Positions 1 to 10,079 of a stretch of 64,000 bases of DNA are shown one piece after another (the first letter of the stretch is position 1; the number at the start of each line of letters is the position of its first letter). The position numbers and the translations under genes are program-made. The notes beneath the pieces are model-generated. The model saw nothing but the letters and a program-made list of their open reading frames with translations. It was not told the DNA's origin and did no database searches. The stretch is from Candidatus Bathyarchaeota archaeon (GTDB lineage Archaea; Thermoproteota; Bathyarchaeia; 40CM-2-53-6): NCBI GenBank assembly GCA_963733055.1, contig CAVTBR010000002.1:96001-160000 (forward strand), read 5' to 3'.

Positions 1-261
1 TAAGGCGAACCTTACTCCGGCAATCTCTATGATCCCTCTGACTAGAGGCCGTGTCCGAACCTCATCTAAGAAGGCTGACTTGACCTTCGCTACATCCACG
101 GTAGGTCCGAGGCCAATGTTTGCTGCGAGCCAGACATCTACCGAGGTCCTGCTGGCGCCTGTGTCCACCTTGCCCTTGACGCGTGCTTCACCGTGATGGC
201 CCATGACTTTCACGTACTCTATCGGGCCGATTACAATCGGCTCTTTCTTCTTCACTGCCAT
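1..261 (-). CDS. Retropepsin-like / RimK-associated (RimB-like) protease, 3' end beyond window
   Basis: Manual translation MAVKKKEPIVIGPIEYVKV...KGKVDTGASRTSVD...RPLVRG; DTGA motif; divergent from rimK; absent from ORF track; alternative in-frame ATG at 288. Confidence 0.75.
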   Translation of the reverse strand, partial: MAVKKKEPIVIGPIEYVKVMGHHGEARVKGKVDTGASRTSVDVWLAANIGLGPTVDVAKVKSAFLDEVRTRPLVRGIIEIAGVRFAL

Positions 262-316
262 CACTGCCACACCATTTATCAGAACCATGTATTAAGCAGC
301 CGTCAAGGCTTTTTCT

Positions 317-1186
317 ATGCAGATTGGAGTTCTCTCAAAGAACCGGGAGTTCTGGGCTACAACAGAGATCATCAACGCTTTGACAAAGAAGGGTGTAGAA
401 CCGGCGTACATCAAGACGCCAGAAATCCATCTTATGCTAGGGGAGAAGGTCGACGCAATCTACGAAAAGAAATCACTTTCCACATTAGCTGCTGCGATAC
501 CGCGCATCGGCCGCAGTTTAACGCAACTTGGAGTAATGATCCTGAAACACTTCGAATTAATGCGCATCCCATCCACACTCTCGATCGAAGGCCTCACCAC
601 AGCCAGGAACAAGTATCTCACCCTCCAATCCCTTCACGCTGCGAAAGTTAGGATTCCTGAAAGCGTTCTCATCGCGTCGAGGATCAAGACCGAGGAGCCT
701 ACTGAGTACCTCTCTCCTCCGTTGGTGATGAAGTTGCTTAGCGGGACGCAGGGAATCGGAGTTATGCGTGTTCGGGACGTGAAGGAGGCGGGTCCGATTA
801 TTGATACGCTGTCTGAACTCGACCAAATGATCTGCCTGCAGAAATTCCTACCGAACCCCGGCGAAGACATACGCGTCTTCCTGGTTGCCGGCGAGGTGGT
901 TGCTGCGATGAAACGCAAGGCCGCCCCTAACGAGTGGAGAAGCAACATCCACATTGGCGGGCACGGAATCGCCCACAAACCCAGTAAGGAGGAGGCCGAA
1001 GCGGCCACCAAGGCCGCGGAAGCAGTAGGAGTAGAGATTGCTGGGGTCGACCTCATCTCCGTCGAGAATGAGCCGTACGTTATCGAAGTAAACGCTTCCC
1101 CAGGCTTTCATGGGTTACTTGAGGCGACGGGGATAAACGCGGCCGATAGCATCGCGGGCTACGCAATAAGAAAGGCGAAACGCTAA
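317..1186 (+). CDS. rimK: RimK/LysX-family ATP-grasp alpha-L-glutamate ligase
   Basis: IPRIG, RNKYLTLQ, GTQGIGV, DIRVFLV, WRSNIHIGG, GVDL and EVNASPGF motifs. Confidence 0.9.
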   Translation: MQIGVLSKNREFWATTEIINALTKKGVEPAYIKTPEIHLMLGEKVDAIYEKKSLSTLAAAIPRIGRSLTQLGVMILKHFELMRIPSTLSIEGLTTARNKYLTLQSLHAAKVRIPESVLIASRIKTEEPTEYLSPPLVMKLLSGTQGIGVMRVRDVKEAGPIIDTLSELDQMICLQKFLPNPGEDIRVFLVAGEVVAAMKRKAAPNEWRSNIHIGGHGIAHKPSKEEAEAATKAAEAVGVEIAGVDLISVENEPYVIEVNASPGFHGLLEATGINAADSIAGYAIRKAKR

Positions 1187-1294
1187 ACTAAGTTTCAGGT
1201 CGTCGTGCCGTAACGCTCATTGGATTCAACCGCCTTACCTGCCTTGCTGTCCGCAATGAAGACAGTCACAAATATGATGCTCAAATGAACTGAA

Positions 1295-1615
1295 CCTGGG
1301 GTATCTGAGCGGACAGCGCTAATCCCAAGATCCTGCCCACACAGTTTCTCAACGACCAAGCCAGCAGAAGTCTAGGTCTGGCTCACGACCTGAGCACCCG
1401 CCACTCGACTCGGACCATTCTGTGCCTTGACCCCACTTTCTCGGCACCAGAGTAGGGGAGCACGCAAGTCGGCTTTGGTCGGGCGTGGCGGGCGTAGTCC
1501 GCCCTTTCAAGAGGGGTGTAGGCCCTTCCTCAGGCACATTCCACGCAAGAGCCATTCGCTACCTGAAACGGCTAACCCGTGCATAATCACTAGCAGCACC
1601 ACCTCCACGGGTCTA
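1295..1615 (-). ncRNA. Candidate structured non-coding RNA, family unassigned
   Basis: GC-rich intergenic stretch with many stems (CCCGCCAC 1397-1404/GTGGCGGG 1485-1492; ACCCGTG 1575-1581/CACGGGT 1606-1612; AGCCAG 1359-1364/CTGGCT 1378-1383); G-U wobbles favour the minus strand. Confidence 0.4.
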
Positions 1616-1878
1616 AATCAGAGTGAAGGTCACATTGACTGTCACCCTTGTTTTCGGTGTCCTTTCTCGGTGGTGCAATCCACATTCGTCTTCCGGCGGC
1701 CACGTCTACTACCAAGCTGAAGTTTGTTACCCGGGGAACAAATTCAGAGTTCAAGTGCGAAAGCTTTGATCCTGAGCAATTTCCTGCCTTGTTATTGGTA
1801 GAGTTTGGCTTTACCTTAACTTGCACAACCAGGGCTTATTGAAACCCTCTTCAGCAAGAATCTTAATTCCAAAGTCGA

Positions 1879-2689
1879 ATGGACGTGAGCCAGGAGGAAA
1901 AAATGGACAGGTTGTTCGACTCCGTGTTTGTGAGGCCGCCGCCTAACAGTTATAGTAGATGCATCTCGGCGAATCCGCGTAGCGCCGAAATCGATGTAGC
2001 TCTCGCCAAAACACAACACCAACAATATTGCTCAATCCTGAAGGAATCGGGCATCGAGGTCATCACTTTGCAGGTTCTAGATGACTTCCCTGACTCAGTC
2101 TTCATGCAAGACCCCGCACTCCTAGGATCGCCGAACCTCATTCATTGGAAGGTTTGGCGTAGAAAGCCGACGAGGGGAAGAGAAGGCTCTTGTGGATGAT
2201 CTAAGTAAATCCGCAGGTAGAGGCAGGTTGAACTGGATAATTGAGCCCGGTACTTTGGAGGGAGGCGATGTGGTGATGACGGAGAAGGATTTGTTCGTCG
2301 GAGAATCCAAGCGCACGAACGCCTCAGGAATCCAGCAACTTGCAGACGTATTGATCGGTGTGAATGTCACGCCAGTTAAGACCGAGCTAATGCATCTGTT
2401 GTGCGGTTGCTCTTATCTAAACAACAAGACAATGATCGTTGCACCTGAACTAGTTGATACGAAATCATTTCCAGGTTTCAAATTCATCGTCATCCCCAAG
2501 GACGAAGCATACGCAACGGACGCTTTGTACTTAGGTGAGAGGAAAGTCCTCATCCCCTCAGGTTTCCCGACAACAAGCATCAGGTTGAAAGAGGCCGGGT
2601 ATAAATCAATCGAACTCGACATGTCGGAGTTTTGGAAGGGGGATGGTGGTGTGACCTGCCTCAGTTCACCCATTTACAAACTGCTGTAG
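1879..2689 (+). CDS. Dimethylarginine dimethylaminohydrolase / amidinotransferase family (frameshift near 2140)
   Basis: FPDSVFMQD in ORF 1879-2199; GTLEGGDV, HL and GGVTCLS in ORF 2192-2689. Confidence 0.85.
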
Positions 2690-2724
2690 AGTCAGCGTGG
2701 ACTTGCCTTGACCTCCTTAGGCCG

Positions 2725-3121
2725 TTACGTGACCTGGGCGGGATAGAGTTCGGCCAGCCTTACCTTAACGTGCTTGCTGCCTAGTTTTAGGATGACGTAT
2801 GGGTTCCCGAACTCTCTTAGCAGCTGTCTGCAATTTCCGCAAGGAGGCAACACAACATTCTTCTTTCCATTGACAGCGACTATCGTCAGAATCTGGGACT
2901 GCGCCATCGGAAACCATGGCCCCGACGGCTGCGTACTCGGCGCAGAATGAACTTGGCGCGGAGCCGCTCACCTCGATGTTCACGCCTTGAAAGATTCTCT
3001 TGTCTTTGGTCTTGAGTACGGCTGCGACGGAGGTTCGTTCAGACCTCCTTTTCTTAGCAAGGTCCGTGGCTTTGTCAATTAACTTCTGATCTTCGGCGGA
3101 GAGAGTGTGTACACGCATCAT
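2725..3121 (-). CDS. Cytidine deaminase family protein (frameshift near 2900)
   Basis: GVNIE...CAE in ORF 2765-3121 and PPCGNCRQ in ORF 2725-2907. Confidence 0.85.
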
Positions 3122-3196
3122 CTATCCGAGAGGAATGCAACATCTTCTCTGGGATAAGTGAGGCGGTGTCGGTCGGGCGTTTGTAACCGGCGGCGT

Positions 3197-3637
3197 TTAT
3201 TGTCCTGACGCTATTTGTTCGCGCATAGATATGGGCGCCCGAGGAAGCACTGAATCCCGGAGCACGTAAGAAATTGCTCCCGCAATTAGGATGAGAATTG
3301 CGCTGGCCGTGCCGAGAGTAGTGTTGAAGTCCCGGTTCGTTCCACCGATGCCTACGCTGAAGGCTAGCAGGATTGCGCCGAAAATAATACCCCTCATTCC
3401 GGCATCATGCAACAACCGCTTGGTTGCCAACGTGAAGCAGTGGATTGCGCCGAGAGAGCAAATCACCCCGACAATCACGACTACTGCGAGGACGAAGCTG
3501 AAGAATTGCATCTGGAAGGGGTACAGGCTGTAAATGGGGATAGCGACTAAGCTAACGACTAAACTCACGACGCCGCCAATCACGAAGAGTGCAGCGGCGA
3601 TGTCGATGAAACCCGTTTTCAAACTTGATTTGCTCAA
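3197..3637 (-). CDS. Hypothetical membrane protein (about 4 TM)
   Basis: 146-aa ORF with four hydrophobic segments. Confidence 0.65.
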   Translation of the reverse strand: MSKSSLKTGFIDIAAALFVIGGVVSLVVSLVAIPIYSLYPFQMQFFSFVLAVVVIVGVICSLGAIHCFTLATKRLLHDAGMRGIIFGAILLAFSVGIGGTNRDFNTTLGTASAILILIAGAISYVLRDSVLPRAPISMREQIASGQ

Positions 3638-3932
3638 TACACTAACCGAAGGTGACTTCTCGCCATTCCTTTAAAGTCTGACTTCACCACGGACACAAAT
3701 TCCACTTTGGGAGCTGAGACAAGCGAAAGTCTCGGTTCTAAACGTAGATCTTACAGAATAAGCAGAACCATCGATTGTTCGTTCTCTGCGTGCACCCACC
3801 GCATGCGGGGCACTTGGGACAGGTGTGAATGTGTGGCGATTGTAGCAAGCTCTGTCACCAAAATTTGGAAGGGAGGGCAGCGGAAAAAGCTTGTTGATTG
3901 TGCCTAACGATAATGAAGCAATTCGTGACGAC

Positions 3933-6157
3933 TTAGCGAGAGGTATTTTCGTGAAAGGCGGCAACCCCGCTGCCACCGGTATCGACCAAAGTCCCTGAGT
4001 AACTAGTCTTTGTCCGAAACGCCATCACGGTGCCCTTTATCGCATTGAAACAGGAGCTCATTCCAGTGGAGGTTAGTGCGGCCGACAGAGAGAGGGAAGC
4101 AAGCACGACTGCAACGGAGGCGACCATAAGCAGGCTCACTGAATCCACCAGATCGCCGAGCATGAGGAGCCCAATTGCGGCTAACAGTATCGCTCCGAGT
4201 GGTTTTACGAAGGATCTCCTGGTTGCTCGATTTCTCAAGCGCGGAAATGCAAGTCTCACTATGGCAAAGGGTAAGCCGAGGTACACCACTCCAATTAATC
4301 CACTGACCAGCAAACCAGAGAAAAGAATTGCAATCTCCGACTGGGAGTGGACGAGGCTGAACATTTTGTAAGAAAGCGATAGTATCCCGACGAGTGGGTA
4401 AAGTACCGCCCTCATGATACCGGATTCCGCGGATTATGCGCTATCTGATTCGCAACTTGCGGGCTGAACGAATAGTACCAGGTGTTGAAGGCGATCATGA
4501 AAGCTGACCCGGCTTTGGTCTTCAATATCGCGGCGTCACGGAAGTTGCGAAGGGTTTGAACTTGAGGGGCGAGTTCGGAACCGTAGGCGGCGGTCGCGAT
4601 GATGCAACGTGGGCCTGAGGCGGTTATTTGTACGGTTATGTCTGTACTGTGTTGAAAAGTGCCACTTATTCCCGCGATTCGTAGGTCGTAAGTTCCGGTG
4701 GACGCGGTTGAAGTCGTGGTGATACCCATTGGTGAACTGCCCGCCCCGCCGGGTGGTGGGGTTATGGGTGCGGGTAGCGTGAACCCTACGCCAGCCGGAG
4801 AACTACCGACCCATGAAGCAGAGAATGTGACTGGTGCACTAAAGCCTCCCAAGGAGGTCACAACAATGTTCGTTGATCCGCTCAGTCCTTGAACTATCGA
4901 CACGGTTGACGACGACGAAGCGATTGAGAAGTCAGGGGCACTGGGGCTGGTGCTGGTCGTCGTGATTGTTGCGACGGGCGCGATGATGACCGTGACATCG
5001 ACACTATGCATTGAGGACCCGCTCGCCGCCGTAACTCTGAGGGTATACGTACCAGGGGCAGCCGTGGGACCTGCTATGATCGTTAGAGTGGAAGTTGCTG
5101 TACCCCCTACGGTCGGGGTTATTGGGCTGGGTAGGTTGAAGGTAACGTCAGCCGGTGCGGCGTTCACCCAAGATGCGGCGAGACCTACTTGAGAGTTGAA
5201 CCCATCAAATGCTGTGATGTATATCGTTGCAGTCGCGGTTGATCCTGCGGGCAAGATCACCGTCGGCCCTGAGGTAACCGCAAAATCAGAAACACCCGTG
5301 GCGACGACGCTCAACGCAAGGGGGGTTGAGTGAGATAATGAGCCGCTTGTCCCGGTTACGGTGATAGTATAGTTTCCAACTGGGATATTACCCGGGACGA
5401 AGATGTCAACGGTGGAGCTGGCGGTACCTCCCGGGGCTGGTGTGATCGGGTTGTCGCTGAATGAACCGCCAACGCCGCTGACACCAGAAATGGAAAGTGT
5501 GACAGGCGAATCGAAATTGCTTAGAGAACTAACAATCACACCGAGACTGGCAGACGACCCTTGAACAAGAACTAGATTCGAAGAGGTTAATGCTACCGAG
5601 AAATCGCCTGAGTATTCGATGAACGCCCATGAGTTTGCTTGGCATGAACTGTTAGCGTAACCACAGCCTCCACTGTAAGCTGTGGAACACGCACTCCACT
5701 TGATAGACGATGAGCCTGACTGATCTATCAGATCGATAGCATAGCTCGACCCGGGGGTTAGTTGGACTCCGCTGGGAAACTGAACCTGGAACCAATTACC
5801 TGTGGGAGCGCCAAAACCGCCCGGAATGGAAAACGTGAATGCGCCCAATACGGCTCCTCCAATCCCTCCGAGTCGAATATTCGCTGTCATGGGCGTTGGA
5901 GCGCTGTTCGTAGAGTATACGTAAATGGAAAAACCTACGACAGATGACTGTGTTGGAGTGAATGTCTGGCCTGCGGGCTCGTGGGTGCCTATGCCGTCAA
6001 GGTATGACCCTCCGACCGCTGAACACTGCTGGTCAGCGACGAGTGAAGCAGCATTAACTTTCGCAGCGTTCGCGGATAAAGCGATGAACACAAGCATAAC
6101 GACGAGAGCTAGGCTACTTAGTCGTAGATCCTGAAATTTTCCCAACTTCAAATGCAT
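3933..6157 (-). CDS. Secreted Ser/Thr-rich surface protein with three Ig-like repeats and CFI-box-CTERM domain (frameshift near 4420)
   Basis: Signal peptide; three DF...GF.S.V.LS repeats; CIIATAAYGSELAPQVQTLRNFRD motif; membrane tail continues in ORF 3933-4415 (LYPLVGIL). Confidence 0.8.
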
Positions 6158-6491
6158 CCATGTGTAGGTTGGACGGACTCGTTATTATAGGAAGCGGCAC
6201 TTTCTCCACCGAATCCCCAACGATACTAAGGGGAAAGCTAATTCGAAAGTCTCTGGCTACCTCGAAGGCACGTTGATCAGTCGAAATCTACGATCCTGCC
6301 TCGTCAGACTAGTTGGGGTCCTGAAAGTTCACGAGTAGCATGTTGGAAATAGTAGAAGCAGGAATATTGACATCGCAAGCAAGGTCAACTGAGTCAGGGC
6401 GGCTAAAATTGAGACCTCAACCTACGCCAATGTGCAGAGTTAGTCTCCTCAAACCGATTGACCAAACCATTCCTCGTAGTCGTCTACGTGA

Positions 6492-7415
6492 GTGTTAGTT
6501 ATGTCCTCTAGAATTGACTCATCGCTATCCGAGAGGTTTCTGATTCTAATCGTTTCGGTCGTTGCTATTTTTCTTTCGTGGAGCGTGATCCGGTACTGGT
6601 TGATCTCAGTCTCGTTCCCGGACAGGCTCATACACTTCGTCGATTTTGGAGTGATTGTAGCGATTGGTATCGGTGCGACGATAACCCTCGTGAGGTTAAT
6701 TGCTCCCACTATCGCGGCCCGAGCAGGTCCTACCCAGAGAAACACAGTCAAGATGCTTTTTGAGCTGTTAGGACTTGGAACAATCATTGTTGCAGCCATT
6801 TTTCTTTCAGGCCCCACGGGAAGCAATTTCGTTAGCGCGCTAGTGGGAATAGGATTCTTCGGTATAGTGGTAGGGCTGGCTGCACAGGCGGTGTTAGGCA
6901 ATCTAATCTCAGGGTTAATGCTTCTCGCCGCCAGGCCGTTCAATATCAACGACCGTATCGCGCTGATCACTTGGCAATATGGCAAGTTCCCCCCCTCCCT
7001 CACTCATGGATGGATGGAACCGAGCTACACGGGAGTAGTGAAGGGGATCAGTCTTGCGTATACGAGGATTCTGACCGACTCAAACGCTCTGCTAAAGATT
7101 CCTAACAGCATAGTAACTCAATCATTGGTCATGAATCTTAGCCACGGAAGACAGGGGGTGATCGGGATTCAATTCGAGGCACCGATACAACTTGACCCAG
7201 GAGACTTGCGCAAGAACCTAAATTCACATCTGTCAAAGAATCACGAGTTCAAGGGTGAAGAGGACAGTTTTGAGATCCTTGAAGCTTCCCCGGGGGCTTA
7301 CCTTGTCGGGGTGAGCTACAAGGTTGAGAGGCAGACCGAGAGACAGATGAAAAGCCTCTTACTCAGTGGAGTCCGCGAGGCTCTCAACGAGGCTAGAGAG
7401 CAAAAAACAAAGTAA
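6492..7415 (+). CDS. Small-conductance mechanosensitive channel (MscS family)
   Basis: GLAAQAVLGNLISG, RPFNINDRI, GVVKGISL.YT.I and IPNS motifs. Confidence 0.85.
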   Translation: MLVMSSRIDSSLSERFLILIVSVVAIFLSWSVIRYWLISVSFPDRLIHFVDFGVIVAIGIGATITLVRLIAPTIAARAGPTQRNTVKMLFELLGLGTIIVAAIFLSGPTGSNFVSALVGIGFFGIVVGLAAQAVLGNLISGLMLLAARPFNINDRIALITWQYGKFPPSLTHGWMEPSYTGVVKGISLAYTRILTDSNALLKIPNSIVTQSLVMNLSHGRQGVIGIQFEAPIQLDPGDLRKNLNSHLSKNHEFKGEEDSFEILEASPGAYLVGVSYKVERQTERQMKSLLLSGVREALNEAREQKTK

Positions 7416-7542
7416 TTCGGCAAATTCGTGTTATCAATTTAAACCGCGCTCCACTTGGTCTACTTAGTGTAGCTGCATACATCTTCCCCCAATCCTAATG
7501 GGTTTGGGTGGGCTAATATCTGGTTGAGGAGAATGAAAAACT

Positions 7543-7731
7543 ATGGTCTCTGAGCTTAAGTTCCAAAGCAGCAGCGTGTACCTCTGCGAGTTCTGTGGGT
7601 ATGGTTATCAAGCCATTGGCACGGCGGAACGGTGCGAGCTGCATTGCGATACGCAAATGCGATCTTCGGCGAAGATAAGGGAACGGGCAGTGTACCAGCC
7701 CACAGTGGAAGTCCTGGCCGCCAAACGGTAG
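7543..7731 (+). CDS. Small zinc-finger protein
   Basis: YLCEFCGYGY...AERCELHC; GAGGAG RBS upstream. Confidence 0.7.
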   Translation: MVSELKFQSSSVYLCEFCGYGYQAIGTAERCELHCDTQMRSSAKIRERAVYQPTVEVLAAKR

Positions 7732-7815
7732 GCTACACTCACAACACACCCATTGAATGACTAGATGCTGCGCACGAGTCGGCAATAATAGAATTCGATG
7801 GAGGTGAGCGGTGTT

Positions 7816-7923
7816 ATGATGAGAGCTCCAGTAATGTATCCCTCTTACGTATACCCACCAGCCTATCCATACGGATACTACTACTACAACCCTTGGTCAG
7901 GGTACTACGTCTGGGAATGGTAG
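7816..7923 (+). CDS. 35-aa Tyr/Pro/Trp-rich peptide
   Basis: Manual translation MMRAPVMYPSYVYPPAYPYGYYYYNPWSGYYVWEW; GGAGGTGA RBS at 7800-7807. Confidence 0.6.
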   Translation: MMRAPVMYPSYVYPPAYPYGYYYYNPWSGYYVWEW

Positions 7924-8058
7924 TGTTCGTGAGAGAATCCGGATGGTGGCACGCCTTCCCTAACGCCTCTTTTCTCCATTGCTCTTCGTAGCGGGATTAT
8001 GCGTAAAGCAAATATTCCTTTCGACCCTGCGCTCCCGCGTACGGGTGAAGTACAATAT

Positions 8059-8979
8059 TTGCTGAAGCTAACTCGATTCAAAGGAAACCCCATAATTGCC
8101 CCAAGAAAGGAAAAATCATGGGAACTTAACGGCACATTCAACCCAGGAACGATTGTTGAAAACGGAACTATCCACATACTCTACCGCGCCGTAGCTGAAA
8201 ACAGAGTTTCTAGGTTAGGCTACGCACGAAGCAATAACGGGACCGAGATTCATGATCGCTCCGAAAAACCCATTTTTGCGCCTTCTTCGGGCTGGGAGGA
8301 GTTTGGATGTGAAGATCCTCGGATTACTCGACTCGATGGCCGATTTTACATTACGTACACCGCGTATTCTCGGCGCGGTCCCCGCATAGCTCTCGCCTCA
8401 ACCGTTGATTTCGAGAATTTTGAGAAGCTTGGTTTGATAGGGCCGGATCGCGATGACAAGGACGGCGTGATTTTTCCGGAACGCATCGCTGGCAAAATTG
8501 CACTGCTGCACCGATTGGAGTCAAAGATTCAGATCGCTTACTTTGACAGCATCTTTGATATGCAAAAGTCTAGTGATTTTTGGAGAAGTTACGGGGAGCA
8601 CCTGGATGATTACGAGGTAATTAGGTCGAAGTTCCCGTGGGAACAGAGAAAGGTAGGCGTCGGACCGCCACCGATCAAGACAGATCGTGGATGGTTGGTC
8701 CTCTACCATGGCGTGAGCATAGACCACATTTACCGGGCGGGAGCAATGCTTCTAGACCCTGAAAATCCCGCAAGGGTTCTGAGACGCGCTAAGGAACCGA
8801 TTTTGGAGCCGGAAATGGAGTTTGAGAAGCTTGGGGTGGTTTCGAATGTTGTGTTTCCTGACGGAATTGCGGTGGTTAACGGAACATTATCCGTGTATTA
8901 CGGTGGAGCGGATAATGTTTGCTGCGTTGCCCAGACGCCTCTGAAACGACTTCTCGACGAACTTGAAGACTCGAACTGA
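8059..8979 (+). CDS. GH130-like glycosidase / mannoside phosphorylase (5-bladed beta-propeller)
   Basis: FNPG, GCEDPRIT, DKD.VIFPE, GWLVLYHG and NVVFP motifs; TTG start after GGGTGA (ORF track start 7999). Confidence 0.85.
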   Translation: MLKLTRFKGNPIIAPRKEKSWELNGTFNPGTIVENGTIHILYRAVAENRVSRLGYARSNNGTEIHDRSEKPIFAPSSGWEEFGCEDPRITRLDGRFYITYTAYSRRGPRIALASTVDFENFEKLGLIGPDRDDKDGVIFPERIAGKIALLHRLESKIQIAYFDSIFDMQKSSDFWRSYGEHLDDYEVIRSKFPWEQRKVGVGPPPIKTDRGWLVLYHGVSIDHIYRAGAMLLDPENPARVLRRAKEPILEPEMEFEKLGVVSNVVFPDGIAVVNGTLSVYYGGADNVCCVAQTPLKRLLDELEDSN

Positions 8980-8984
8980 GTCCA

Positions 8985-10079
8985 TTAATCCGTGTGGCCG
9001 AAACATCTCAGGAATTCTTCTGCACCAAGTAGGAATGCGATTGTGGATTCTGCACCTTGGTTCTGGTTGATTCCGCGCTCCCCGACCCCATCATAGCATC
9101 CTCCTGATTCCGCATCGTAAACGACCGCGTCTTTCGTATTCATGCCGAAAAACCATCCCAGTGCCTGCCGAGCCATACTCTCATACGATCTATCACCGGT
9201 CAATCGGTAGGCGTAAGCAGCGGCTTCGATCATTGCCGCCGGTTCCATGGGTTGTTGGTCGTACAGAGCCTTCGCTTTACCCTTGGTGTACCAGCCGTTG
9301 TTACCAATAGGAGTGCACACGCCATTCAGAGTCTCCGCGTTATTTAGGAAGCTCATCGTTTCTTCGCCCGCCTTTAGCAGCGCTTCGTCACGAAGAAGTT
9401 CGTAGGCGACTAGCATCGCTTGACTCAACCGCGCATTATCATATGTAAGAGTGTTCTCATACCACCGCCACTCACCATCTCTGTTCAGCTGGTAGGCTTT
9501 GAGTAGGTCGGCTGAGATTTCCTTCAAGTCGGTTCTTAGATTTTTGTCGTCAGGCTCTGAGAGCATCCGTTCATGTATTGCAAGACACGCAAAGGCCTTC
9601 GTACGAAGTGATTCTGAGACGCACGCCCATGGAAGTGCGCGATCGAAGATCAGCCTTGCAGACCCCTTCAGTCCTTCCGGCATGTCTGAATTCAATATTG
9701 CGCCCGTTGCCCAAAGCGCTCTTCCCAAATGGTCACCTATCGACGGCTTGTCGATGAGGTCAAGGGAAAAGTCCATGAAGTTATGGAATACTCCACCGTC
9801 GTCTTGCATTAGCAACAGGAAACTCAGGAGCTTCTTCTGAAGTTTGGGTAGGCGGTTGTCAGGCCAATATCGAGGCGCCTTGACACTGAACACAAGGGCC
9901 CGTGCACTGTCATCTACCGCGTAACCCTCTTTCTTGTATGGCACTGAGAACCTTGCGTGCTGGATTACAGCGGTAGCATCGGTAAGTGCGAACAGGTGGT
10001 CCAGCTTAACTGAGTTGACGAGTTTCCCGCACAACGTGAGCAGATCTTGTTGCAAGTCTGAAGGTTTCAGCATATCCAT
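8985..10079 (-). CDS. Glycosyltransferase-associated (alpha/alpha)6-like protein
   Basis: GYAVDDSARAL, GRALWATG, W.WYE..LTYDNARL, YDQQP.E, GGCYDG and NQGAEST motifs, as in the C-terminal half of bacterial GT4 fusions. Confidence 0.75.
   Translation of the reverse strand: MDMLKPSDLQQDLLTLCGKLVNSVKLDHLFALTDATAVIQHARFSVPYKKEGYAVDDSARALVFSVKAPRYWPDNRLPKLQKKLLSFLLLMQDDGGVFHNFMDFSLDLIDKPSIGDHLGRALWATGAILNSDMPEGLKGSARLIFDRALPWACVSESLRTKAFACLAIHERMLSEPDDKNLRTDLKEISADLLKAYQLNRDGEWRWYENTLTYDNARLSQAMLVAYELLRDEALLKAGEETMSFLNNAETLNGVCTPIGNNGWYTKGKAKALYDQQPMEPAAMIEAAAYAYRLTGDRSYESMARQALGWFFGMNTKDAVVYDAESGGCYDGVGERGINQNQGAESTIAFLLGAEEFLRCFGHTD

Noticed and set aside
1296-1375. TPP-riboswitch-like words (GGGG..CTGAG...CCC...CCTG...GCCAGC)
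   Set aside because: P3 and the P5 loop are missing, and no thiamine gene follows.
1400-1540. Firm RNase P or SRP RNA call
   Set aside because: GAGGAAG is present, but no P4 partner or ACAGAA-type 3' motif in register and no SRP helix-8 motif; kept as unassigned.
1590-1826. 78-aa ORF starting MQVKVKPNS (DUF167-like start)
   Set aside because: The similarity stops after the first few residues and the ORF runs into the structured element.
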